This document shows positions 55,511-64,000 of a DNA stretch of 64,000 nt, in pieces. A program made the translations under genes and the position numbers. Origin of the DNA: a virus (lineage: Duplodnaviria; Caudoviricetes); IMG/VR virus record IMGVR_UViG_3300025015_000022, positions 1-64,000 of that record, one strand, 5' to 3'. Under the pieces are notes generated by a model. The model was not told where the DNA came from. It searched no databases and saw nothing but the letters and a program-made list of their open reading frames with translations. Every line of letters starts with the position of its first letter. The first letter of the stretch is position 1.

Positions 55511-56377
55511 ATGAGCGTCGCTCCGATCGCCGGGATGGGTCTGGGGGTTCTGCAGCGCACGGGAGCCTTGGACAAGATCATGTCCAAACTGGGCTTCCGC
55601 CCGGACGTGTGGACGCTGCAGGTCGACGGCGCCGACTTCATCCGCGGGGCCGGTGCCTTCGAGAACGCCGTGGTCTCGCAGACGCCCCCCGACAACATCG
55701 CCTGGACGCTCTCGGGGCAGACCACCCGCCGGAAGATGGTGGGGGACTACGCCCCGCCGACGATGGCCGCCGGTGGAGACCCGGAGACCTGCACCTTCGG
55801 CGCACTGTTCGTGGCGGGCCACGCGTACGAGGATCTCGAGCCCCTGCGGCTGGCGTTGGAAGCGTTCTGGAAGAAGGACGCGAACCTCGGCAGGCGGCCG
55901 GTGTGCCTGTTCTCGTACGGCAAGCGAACGTTCCGCTGCTACTTGTCCAACCTGGGCACCAAGACGCCGCACGGGCATTGGGAGGCCTCGGGGAACCCCA
56001 TTGCGTACCAGTTCGACATCACGCTCGAAGCCGCGAACCACCGGTCGCTGGATAGGACGACCCCGGGGGAGCGCGAGCGGGAGACGATGTACTGGACGCT
56101 CCGTGCCAGCGAGACGCCGGAGTTGGTGGCCTGGCGCGTCTACGGGGACGCGAGCCTCGGCGTGAGGGTGCGGCAGTTGAACGCCGACCTGTACCCGTCT
56201 CCTGCAGTGGGAGACAGGCTCAGGCTGTTGGACCGCACGCACTCGGATATGCAGGGGGCGATCAAGCCGCGGGCCGTTCCGTTCGGCACGTCGGCAGGGG
56301 TTGCGCGGTTCGAAGCGATCGCGCAGGCACGGCTCGAAGAGGAAGCGATCGCGGTGCCCGGGGTGACCTACACGTGA
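55511..56377 (+). CDS. tube initiator with LysM-like domain (Afp7/gpU-X-like)
   Basis: YAPPTMAAGGDPETCTF, YQFDITLEA, TLRASETPELVAWRVYGD...QLN. Confidence 0.75.
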   Translation: MSVAPIAGMGLGVLQRTGALDKIMSKLGFRPDVWTLQVDGADFIRGAGAFENAVVSQTPPDNIAWTLSGQTTRRKMVGDYAPPTMAAGGDPETCTFGALFVAGHAYEDLEPLRLALEAFWKKDANLGRRPVCLFSYGKRTFRCYLSNLGTKTPHGHWEASGNPIAYQFDITLEAANHRSLDRTTPGERERETMYWTLRASETPELVAWRVYGDASLGVRVRQLNADLYPSPAVGDRLRLLDRTHSDMQGAIKPRAVPFGTSAGVARFEAIAQARLEEEAIAVPGVTYT

Positions 56378-56378
56378 G

Positions 56379-57782
56379 GTGGCGGTGAGGAACCAGAACG
56401 AAGACGCCGAGTGCCCGGTCTACCGCCTGAGCGTGGACGGTACGCTGCTCGGCGACGACCTGCTGTCGGCGCTGCAGCCCTTCAGCCTGCATCGGACGTT
56501 CGACGGGGCCTCGCAACTCACGCTGTCCTTCGACTGCGTCGACCCCGACACGATGGACTACCGGATCGTCAACGAGGCGATGTTCCTGCCCGGTGCTGAA
56601 GTGAGCCTGTGGGCTGGCTACGGCGGGACGTTGATGCACCAGGGCTACTTCAGGATCAAGAGCCGCCTGCCGAAGTACCGACCGGACGGCGTGACGATGG
56701 ACGTCGAGGCCTTCGACGCCTTGGACGAGTTCATCGCGGACCAGAACGGCCGGCTGGTGCAGGGCGTCTCGACACACGCAGACGCGATCAAGGAGGTTTT
56801 GGACCGCGACTACCCGCAGATGGGCTATTTGCTGATGCCGTCGAAGGCCAAGAAGGGCGACCGCTTCAAGGAGGTGCTGACCTCGGATCTGCTGTGGCTG
56901 AAGCACATGGCCATCGCGGACGGCTACGCATATCCGCAGGTCTGGAGCGACGAGCAGCTCATGGTGATTGAGGCCGACGCCCGGGAGCGCCTGGGTGACG
57001 AGCCGTTCGCAGGGTGCCACCGGAAGCAGCGGCGGAACAACCTGGTGTACCTGCCGCTCTCGACCGCCTACGGGCTGATCGAACCCGTGACCCTGTGGTA
57101 TTCGCTGAAGGGCGAGAGCGATTGGGAGTCGGGGCCCGACATCGTGGAGTCCACGTCGGGAATGCCCACGGCTCTGGAGGTCTACGGCTGGAGCAACCGC
57201 CTCGGAACCCGGGCGCTCGTGCGGGCCATCGTGGAGTACGCATCGGGGGTTCCGCGGCTGGTTGAAATCACTGACGACTGGCAGGGCGACAAGTGGGCGC
57301 GTGAGCAGGGCATCAAGGCAGAGATCAAGAGCGGGGCTGCGCTGAAGTTCTACGCGTTGGGCGAGGGCACGCAGGACGTGGAGTCTGGGAAGAACAAGAC
57401 GCGCAACCAGAAGGGCGTGCTGGTCGCAGGGGAAGCGCACCGGGCGGCGCGTGAGGTGCTCTCCGCTGGGGCTTTGGTGCACACCGAGGAAGACGTCGTT
57501 GACTTCGCCATGCGGTGGTTTCTCCAGCGAGCGGCAGGCTACCTGGGTGGCCAGGGGGCGATCTCCAACGTCCCAGGCGCGGAGTTGTTCGGGCCCAACC
57601 AGATCCATCGCATTCGCGGGGTCGTCCCCCAGCACGAGGGCCTGTACGTGTGGAAGACCGCGAGCCACACGTGGGGGGAAGACCGACACGAGGTGCAGAT
57701 GAGCTTCCAGAAGTTGGTCGAAGAGAAGGACTTGACGACCAACGGGGCCGCACCCACGAAGCAGATTCGAGAGGTGGCATGA
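56379..57782 (+). CDS. baseplate hub (gpD/gp27-like)
   Basis: PGAEVSLWAGYG...GYF, SDLLWLKHMA..DGY, YVWKTASHTW; position. Confidence 0.78.
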   Translation: MAVRNQNEDAECPVYRLSVDGTLLGDDLLSALQPFSLHRTFDGASQLTLSFDCVDPDTMDYRIVNEAMFLPGAEVSLWAGYGGTLMHQGYFRIKSRLPKYRPDGVTMDVEAFDALDEFIADQNGRLVQGVSTHADAIKEVLDRDYPQMGYLLMPSKAKKGDRFKEVLTSDLLWLKHMAIADGYAYPQVWSDEQLMVIEADARERLGDEPFAGCHRKQRRNNLVYLPLSTAYGLIEPVTLWYSLKGESDWESGPDIVESTSGMPTALEVYGWSNRLGTRALVRAIVEYASGVPRLVEITDDWQGDKWAREQGIKAEIKSGAALKFYALGEGTQDVESGKNKTRNQKGVLVAGEAHRAAREVLSAGALVHTEEDVVDFAMRWFLQRAAGYLGGQGAISNVPGAELFGPNQIHRIRGVVPQHEGLYVWKTASHTWGEDRHEVQMSFQKLVEEKDLTTNGAAPTKQIREVA

Positions 57783-58399
57783 AGATCACGGCTGTGCACC
57801 GCGCGACGATAGCCGACGACACGCACCGTGACGAGGCTGGGGTGCTGGTGCTGGACGGCGCGGTGAAGCTGTCGGCGCAGACCTACTCTGGACCGAGCCG
57901 TGAGGGGTGGCCGGAGCACGTGATCGGATGGATCTCGCCTGCGATGGGGCAGGTGTTGCAGGTGCCCGCGGTGGGGTCGGACGTGCTGTTGCTGCAGTTC
58001 GACGGCGGCGAGCTTCGGTGGGCGAACATCGGGCTCGACCGACCGCTGGCGAGTTGGTTCACGCTGAGCATGACGGCGATCGCTTCGAAGGGCGGGGCGA
58101 CGCAGTTGGTGCTCGACGAAGAGGGCGTCAAGGCCGGCGCGTTCGATGCGAGCGACCCGGTGGCACTGTGGCCCGGGACGAAGGGCTACGTGAACGACGA
58201 GATCGGGACGCCTTACAATGGGCACACGCACCAGGTCCCGGTTGCCGCGTTGGCTGCAGCGCTGGCGATCTATTTCGTGGAGATCGCCCCGCCGCCTGCG
58301 CCTCCCGTCCCGCCCGTGACGATTCCGACCGCCGGCCCACTTCCGCAGATCGTAGCAGCGGACGCAGAGGGCGCGGCCACCAAGATGAAGGCGGTGTAG
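57779..58399 (+). CDS. baseplate central spike (gpV-like)
   Basis: VPAVGSDVLL; C-terminal HTH motif (NGHTHQV). Confidence 0.75.
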   Translation: MKITAVHRATIADDTHRDEAGVLVLDGAVKLSAQTYSGPSREGWPEHVIGWISPAMGQVLQVPAVGSDVLLLQFDGGELRWANIGLDRPLASWFTLSMTAIASKGGATQLVLDEEGVKAGAFDASDPVALWPGTKGYVNDEIGTPYNGHTHQVPVAALAAALAIYFVEIAPPPAPPVPPVTIPTAGPLPQIVAADAEGAATKMKAV

Positions 58400-58401
58400 C
58401 G

Positions 58402-58767
58402 ATGGCGCAGACCATGCGATGGCCACCCCAGCGAACCCCCCAGGGCGGCGTGGCGCTGACCTCGACACCCGCCGAGGCAACGGAGCAGTCCATCATGCTC
58501 ATGCTCACCCCCGGGATCTCGGCGCACCCCTGGGAGCGGCAGGACGGGATCGGCTACGAGAGCGGGGTTTACGAGGTGATGTCCAACGACCTGAGCCCCG
58601 AGGAACGCGACCGGGTAGCGCGGACGTTCCAAGCGATGGAGCGCGAGCGCCGGGCCAAGCTGGTGTCCGCGGCGGTGAGTACGGGCGAGAGCGGCGAAGG
58701 CAAGCGGCGGCTGGTCGTGGAGTACCTCGACCTGGAGACCTCGACGAAGCACGTGGTGGAGGCGTAG
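58402..58767 (+). CDS. baseplate gp25/gpW-like protein
   Basis: EQSIMLMLTPG; size and position. Confidence 0.7.
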   Translation: MAQTMRWPPQRTPQGGVALTSTPAEATEQSIMLMLTPGISAHPWERQDGIGYESGVYEVMSNDLSPEERDRVARTFQAMERERRAKLVSAAVSTGESGEGKRRLVVEYLDLETSTKHVVEA

Positions 58768-61020
58768 ATGGCAACGCGACCGACCCGATCCGGCATCAAG
58801 TTCGCGCGGTTCTACTACCGCGCGCTACAGCGGATGATCAGCGAGTTCAAGAAGATTGAGCTTCCGTGGCACACGGAGACCTCCGACGACGACCCCGTCA
58901 ACGGGATCAACCGGGTGCAGGCGGCGGTTGGGCACACGACGCTCTGCGCGATCGATCGCGGGGTGGAGTCGTTCTCGTGGCGGCACTTCGCGACCCGTGG
59001 GGAGGCGCTGTCGCTGGCGAGGCTGAAGGGCTTCTCGCTGCGGCGGGACGTGCCGGCGAGTGCGCGGATGGTCGGCAGGCTCTCGGGGCTGCTGACGGCG
59101 CCGACGCTGCTGCTCCAGACCGGGGCGTTGGTGGCCACGAAGTCGACGGACTCGGCGCCTTCGGTGGAGTACGAGCACCTCGACGCAGCGGTGACCGCCG
59201 ACGCGACGACGTTGCTGGTGTACACGCGTAAGTGGGACGTGGGGGCGGGGGCGTTCGTGTTCGCGGCGTGGGTGCCGGGGGCTGACCTGTTTTCGACGCC
59301 CCCCGTGTACGGCGAAGCGGTCTACGTGGGGCACCGGCACCTGGCGTTCGACGCGATGACGTGGGCGTTCACGACGCCGAATCCGGGGACGGTGGACCTG
59401 TCTCTGGAGTACATGGACGAAGGCTACGTCGGGACGCCCGCTGTCGTCACGAAGGACGGCGACGGGCCTGGCACGCTGACGTTCCACGTGGGGACATTCG
59501 TGGACGGCGCGACCAGGTGGCGCACAGGCCTCGGCGTGGAGGTGACGTACCTACCTACGGGCCGAGTGGCCACGGGAACCATGGGCGCGAGCCTGACCGT
59601 GCTGACCATCGGCGGGTACATGGGGCAGACGATCCCCTCCGAGGTGGCGTCGGACTACAGCGTCAAGACCACGTGGACGCCGATCCCGGTGGACGACGTG
59701 AGCGGTTCTGCTGGGGATACCCTGGCAGCCTCGGGCTCCACGGAGATCGTGCTTCCGCTCACCACCTCGCGCACGTGGACCACCGACTCTACGCCGGGGG
59801 TCGAGGGCTTCTGGCTACGCTTCCGCGTGGCGAAGGTCACGGGGGGAGCCTCCGCGAAGCCCACGACGGTCGACGGGGACGACGGCGACTGGTACCTGCC
59901 GTGGGAAGCCACGCAGGGGCGCACGGTGTCCGACGAGCTCGGAACGTCCACGGGCGACGCCTGGCAGGAGTTCTCGCTTCCGACCGAGCCCTACGTGGAC
60001 GGGTCGGTGTCCGAGTTGCGCGTGGGGACGGACGCGGACTGGAGCGAGATCGAAACGCTGTACGACGCCGATTCGTCGTCGAAGGTGTTCCAGGTCCTGG
60101 AGATGGACGACGAGGTCGTGAGGCTGGTGACCGGCAACGGGACCAACGGGCAGATCCCGCCCGCGGGCCAGGTCGTGAGGTCCACCTACCGCGTGGGTGC
60201 CGACCAGAACGGCAACGCGGGGGCAGGGACGATCGAAGTGCAGCGCACGGGGGTCTCTCTCGTAGCAGCGGTGTGGAACCACCGAGCGGCTTCGGGCTGG
60301 ACGTACCGGGAAGCCGGGACCGCGATCTCGTTGGAGGAGCTTCGGTACGTGGGCCCTGCTCGCGTTCGAGCTGTGCAGCGGGTGGTGACCGTCGAGGACT
60401 ACGAGACGGCGGCGCAGGACGACTTCATGCTCGCGGCTGGGGGCAACCCGGTTTCGCGAGCGATTGCCGTCGAGAACGGCGCTGGTGACCAGTCGGTGAT
60501 GCTCGTTGTCGTGGGTGAGGATGGGGCAGCTCTGACCACGTCGGACCTCGCGGAGATGGACACGTGGTTCAACGGGCAGCAGGTCGACCTGCAACGCGTC
60601 GGCGGGCGAACGATGGCGGGGCTTCGGTGCTGGCCGGTGAACTACACGCCGGAGCCTATCGACGTGGCGATCGAAATCATGTGCCAGCCCGGGACTGCAA
60701 CGGGCAAGTCTGGTGCGGTGCAAGAGGCGCTGACCAGCGTGCTTCGCCCTGACGCGACGCTGGCCGACTGGAAGATCGCTGCGGGCCGGGAGAGCGAGGT
60801 GGTATCGTCGGATTACGCCGAGTGGCTGTGGACGCTGGGGGGCGAGGTGCAGCGCTTCCGCTTGGCTGTGGTGGCGTTGGCTGCTGCGGGATATGGAGCC
60901 TACGACATCGCGGTGCTCACGATGGACGACGGTGGGGGCCCGGGGGTGGCGAACATAGTGTTGACCGGCACCGAGCTACCGTTCCCCGGGACGGTGGCGG
61001 TGACCATCACGGAGGCCTGA
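58768..61020 (+). CDS. baseplate wedge J / Afp11-like protein
   Basis: STGDAWQEF, GNGTNGQIPPAG, YRVG...GN, RAVQRVVTVEDYE. Confidence 0.85.
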   Translation: MATRPTRSGIKFARFYYRALQRMISEFKKIELPWHTETSDDDPVNGINRVQAAVGHTTLCAIDRGVESFSWRHFATRGEALSLARLKGFSLRRDVPASARMVGRLSGLLTAPTLLLQTGALVATKSTDSAPSVEYEHLDAAVTADATTLLVYTRKWDVGAGAFVFAAWVPGADLFSTPPVYGEAVYVGHRHLAFDAMTWAFTTPNPGTVDLSLEYMDEGYVGTPAVVTKDGDGPGTLTFHVGTFVDGATRWRTGLGVEVTYLPTGRVATGTMGASLTVLTIGGYMGQTIPSEVASDYSVKTTWTPIPVDDVSGSAGDTLAASGSTEIVLPLTTSRTWTTDSTPGVEGFWLRFRVAKVTGGASAKPTTVDGDDGDWYLPWEATQGRTVSDELGTSTGDAWQEFSLPTEPYVDGSVSELRVGTDADWSEIETLYDADSSSKVFQVLEMDDEVVRLVTGNGTNGQIPPAGQVVRSTYRVGADQNGNAGAGTIEVQRTGVSLVAAVWNHRAASGWTYREAGTAISLEELRYVGPARVRAVQRVVTVEDYETAAQDDFMLAAGGNPVSRAIAVENGAGDQSVMLVVVGEDGAALTTSDLAEMDTWFNGQQVDLQRVGGRTMAGLRCWPVNYTPEPIDVAIEIMCQPGTATGKSGAVQEALTSVLRPDATLADWKIAAGRESEVVSSDYAEWLWTLGGEVQRFRLAVVALAAAGYGAYDIAVLTMDDGGGPGVANIVLTGTELPFPGTVAVTITEA

Positions 61021-61021
61021 C

Positions 61022-61756
61022 ATGGACGATTTCAATGCCTGGTGTCTTCGAGTCGCGGGAGAGTTCGAGCCCGAGGTGAAAGCCGCTGCTGTGGACGTGA
61101 TGATCGCTGCGTCGGCGGTGGTCATGGCGTCGAAGGCGGATCGGCAGGTCTGCCAGTCGCTGCTCTTGGAGGCGCTGGCGCGGGCTGAGAAGCGGGGCAA
61201 CGAGTTGGGCATCGAGATCGGCGGGCGTCTGGCTGCGCTCGTGCTGAAGACTGTCATGGAGGTGCTGTGATGAAGGCCACGAAGATCCTGGCTGCGTTCG
61301 TGCTCGTGATGATCGGTGGGTGCTCGTCTGCGCAGGACGCCGCGGCAGTGGACACGCAGTGGGACGGTGCGTGCTTCCAGCGAGCGGTGTTCGCGGACTG
61401 CTTTCGTACTGTTGGCGAAGACGCACGCGTGTGCTGGCCGGGCGCTCCGACGTTCACCCGGGCGCAGGCGATGTTGCGTGTGAAGCTCGCGGGTGAGCGG
61501 CTTGACCGCCTGGGGATGACCTGTGACGGGTGGCAGCCGTGAGAACGATCCGCCTACTGGCGGCGTTCGTGTTGTGGCGGGCCATCGGGGCGGTGGTGCA
61601 GTTCGCTCCGAGAAGTGGGATATGGAAGCGCGTAGACGCAGGGGGCCCGACGTGATGGCCGTTGCGGTGGCTGGGGTTGTTGGCGCTGTGCTGGCGCTGC
61701 TGGGTTTCGCGTGGGTCGTGACGCCACGTGAGCACCGCCCGCGCTTGAAGGGGTAG
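61022..61756 (+). other. four small genes: 61022-61270 helical, 61267-61542 lipoprotein, 61539-61655 and 61655-61756 single-TM
   Basis: MKATKILAAFVLVMIGGC lipobox; overlapping starts and stops. Confidence 0.55.
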
Positions 61757-61759
61757 ACG

Positions 61760-64000
61760 ATGGCCGACAGGCTGATCCCGACGACCTACAGCGGCGCCGC
61801 GGCCGTGACCGACGCCCTCGCAGCATGCGGCGTTGGCGACCGCATCGTGTTCGAGGCCGGGGCCGCGCTGTCCTACGTCGGACAGACCCTCTCGAAGCCT
61901 GCGACGGCCAACATCCAGTGGATCAACCAGCGCGGCGCCAACATCACGCTCACCCCCGCGAACAACACCAGCTTTGCGCCGGGAAGCGGATGGATCGTCG
62001 GCGAGGCGGCGGGCAGTGGGTTCGGCTTCGACATCACTCTCACGGCGGGCAACTCCCCGGGAGCCTCGGGCGGTGTGGTCTACATCGCCTCCGCGAAGTC
62101 CTGCACCTTCTACGACTCGACGATCACGGGCACATCTCTTGGAGCCAACGCGATCCGCGTCGAGGGCGGCGCCAGCGCTGCGGCGTGCGTGCTGCGCAGA
62201 TGCACGGTCAAGGAGTACGCTGCCAGCCCGAACAACCCCGCGGCTGGCGAATGGGGCGTGGCGCTCGTCGTCAACGGGGGAGGCGCTGTCTGCTCCGTAG
62301 ACGCCAAGGACTGTACTTTCTACGGCGACGGAGCGTCCGGCGGCGTCGGAATCTATGCGCAGGTCGCGGGACGATCGCGGGCGACCATCGAGCGCTGCAC
62401 CTTCCGCACGCAATCGTGGGGAATCTACCTGACCGGAGCGGACGCGACCGGCGTCAACGTGCGCTACTCGCAGTTCTACGCGCACAACCACTACGGTATC
62501 GAGCACGCTGCGGCTACCGACCCGCCGCTCGTGGTCAAGCGCTGCATTTTCGCGAACAACACGCTCGGCGACTACCTACCAAACGGCGCCAAGGGCGGCG
62601 TCAACGTCGACTCGTGCTATTTTGAGGCTATGGAGGTCCAGGTCGGCGCGACATGGGCGAAGAACCACTACGACGCTGTGATCGGGGCTCCAGGTGGCAC
62701 CGACGTCAACACGCTGATCGCGGCGGCCGACTTCGCGAACTTCGCCGGAAACGACTTCGAGATCGGCGGCGCGAGCGCGCTGATCAACGTCGGTAACGAC
62801 GCGGGCGGAGACGGGCTTGATGCTGCGGGCGTGACGGCCGTCCGCGGGACATCTGCGGACGTTGGCCCCTACGAATACCAGGGTGTCGACGTTGACGTTG
62901 ACGAGCCGTCGTCGTCGTTCATCGACCAGGTAACAGTAGACGTGGTGTTTGTCGACTCGTTCGGCGGAACCGCCATCGTCACGCAGGTCAGCGCGGAGAA
63001 CGTGGCCAACTGGGACGTGGTGAGCGCCGATCCGACGCTTGCGGTCACGGGCTCCGCTCGCCAGTCCGATACCACCTACCGGTTGACGCTGAACCACGCG
63101 GCGCCCGGCGGGACGTGGAACGAGTTCTCGCCGCTCGGCGTCGTGACCAACTACGGTGGCGTAGTCAACGGCTCGGCGACGCTCCTGGCGCCCGTCACCG
63201 ACTGCGGGATCGCGTCGCTGGCGCAGACAGGTGCGAGCACGGTGCGCGTGACGTTCGTGGCTTCGGGGGGCGGGGCGCAGATCCCGCTACAGGCCTCGGC
63301 CGAGACGGAAGGCAACTGGGCAGTGGCGGGGGACGCTGGGCCGCTGGCGCTGGTGACGGCGGCGCGCGTGTCCGACCTCGTGTACGACCTCACGCTCGAT
63401 CGGAGCATCGAGCCAGGGGAGACGGTCGGCGTCGACTCGTCGCTGGTGGCTACGGACTCGGGGGGGCTCTGCGACGACCCAGGGGTTGACGTGCTCGTGA
63501 GCGTCTGGGGTGGCTTGCTGTCGGCGACGATGGACGACGCGGAGACGCTGCGCCTCACCTACATCGACGGCGGGCCCAACACGGCGCCGGTCGAGGCCGA
63601 CGCGGTCGACGTGGCGAAGGTGGTGGTGCAGGGTGCGCTTGGCGGGCTGGCGGCGACGGTGATCGTGAAGGCCTCGACGTTCGTGTACGTCGCCACGCTC
63701 TCGCGGCCGACCGCACCGGGCGAGGCGTGCACCGTCGACCTCACCGCAGGGGGCGTCGTGGCCACCATTGGCGGTGGGGAGGTTGCCGCGCCTGGCGACC
63801 TGCCGTTCGTAGGGGTGCAGTGGGACGGAGGTGTCGCCAAGCGCGCCGAGGCCATCACGCCCACGGAGATTCGCGTGGAGTTCGATGACGCTTCCTGGTA
63901 CTCCTGGCCATCCCTGGCGAGCGCTGGACGGGCGGCGAGTTGGACCGTGCAGTTGCAGGGCGGGGCTGTCGTTCCCGTAGCCGCAGCCCGGGAAGAGTCG
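61760..64000 (+). CDS. tailspike/receptor-binding-like protein: right-handed beta-helix then tandem Ig-like repeats; 3'-truncated
   Basis: Open from ATG 61760 to the window end (747 codons, absent from the ORF track). CTF/CIF/GIY beta-helix rungs, GNDFEIGGASALINVG...DVGPYEY, repeated ~100-aa beta modules. Confidence 0.75.
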   Translation, partial: MADRLIPTTYSGAAAVTDALAACGVGDRIVFEAGAALSYVGQTLSKPATANIQWINQRGANITLTPANNTSFAPGSGWIVGEAAGSGFGFDITLTAGNSPGASGGVVYIASAKSCTFYDSTITGTSLGANAIRVEGGASAAACVLRRCTVKEYAASPNNPAAGEWGVALVVNGGGAVCSVDAKDCTFYGDGASGGVGIYAQVAGRSRATIERCTFRTQSWGIYLTGADATGVNVRYSQFYAHNHYGIEHAAATDPPLVVKRCIFANNTLGDYLPNGAKGGVNVDSCYFEAMEVQVGATWAKNHYDAVIGAPGGTDVNTLIAAADFANFAGNDFEIGGASALINVGNDAGGDGLDAAGVTAVRGTSADVGPYEYQGVDVDVDEPSSSFIDQVTVDVVFVDSFGGTAIVTQVSAENVANWDVVSADPTLAVTGSARQSDTTYRLTLNHAAPGGTWNEFSPLGVVTNYGGVVNGSATLLAPVTDCGIASLAQTGASTVRVTFVASGGGAQIPLQASAETEGNWAVAGDAGPLALVTAARVSDLVYDLTLDRSIEPGETVGVDSSLVATDSGGLCDDPGVDVLVSVWGGLLSATMDDAETLRLTYIDGGPNTAPVEADAVDVAKVVVQGALGGLAATVIVKASTFVYVATLSRPTAPGEACTVDLTAGGVVATIGGGEVAAPGDLPFVGVQWDGGVAKRAEAITPTEIRVEFDDASWYSWPSLASAGRAASWTVQLQGGAVVPVAAAREES

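Noticed and set aside
10631-58770. In-frame TAG-ATG/GTG junctions (10633, 10888, 31783, 58767) as a sign of amber recoding
   Set aside because: TAG ends many genes followed by out-of-frame starts, and the junction at 58767 has a good GGAGG RBS.
1-64000. tRNA genes, DGR or retron, intron or intein
   Set aside because: No T-loop cloverleaf, reverse transcriptase, TR/VR pair or intein motifs seen by eye. tRNAscan and HMM runs would confirm.

Overview
The whole window is one segment of a GC-rich tailed phage (myovirus-type) genome. All credible genes are on the + strand; the minus-strand ORFs in the track are shadows of them. I saw no host genes, integrase, tRNA or CRISPR array. Order: (i) 1-6.2 kb recombination (repeat protein end, PD-(D/E)XK exonuclease, AAA ATPase, SSB-like protein, RecD2-like helicase); (ii) 6.2-9.7 kb replication (initiator-like gene with internal repeats, primase-helicase); (iii) 9.7-31 kb accessory region of many small overlapping genes, including ThyX, RNA ligase, ASCH, RusA, a Dam-like methylase, an SLT transglycosylase, a multi-HTH protein and a sigma-r4-like regulator; (iv) 31-44 kb packaging and PBSX-like head; (v) 44-64 kb neck and contractile tail resembling eCIS tails, with a lysis cassette between sheath and tube and a -1 frameshifted chaperone, ending in a beta-helix/Ig receptor-binding protein cut by the window edge. 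The most unusual observation is two unrelated-sequence leader RNAs (6237-6383 and 21404-21534). Each follows a TTGACG...GGCG-TAnnGT promoter and can fold into the same pseudoknot, with the transcript 5' end pairing into the loop of a 14-16 bp hairpin. Family assignments come from motifs read by eye; no searches were run.
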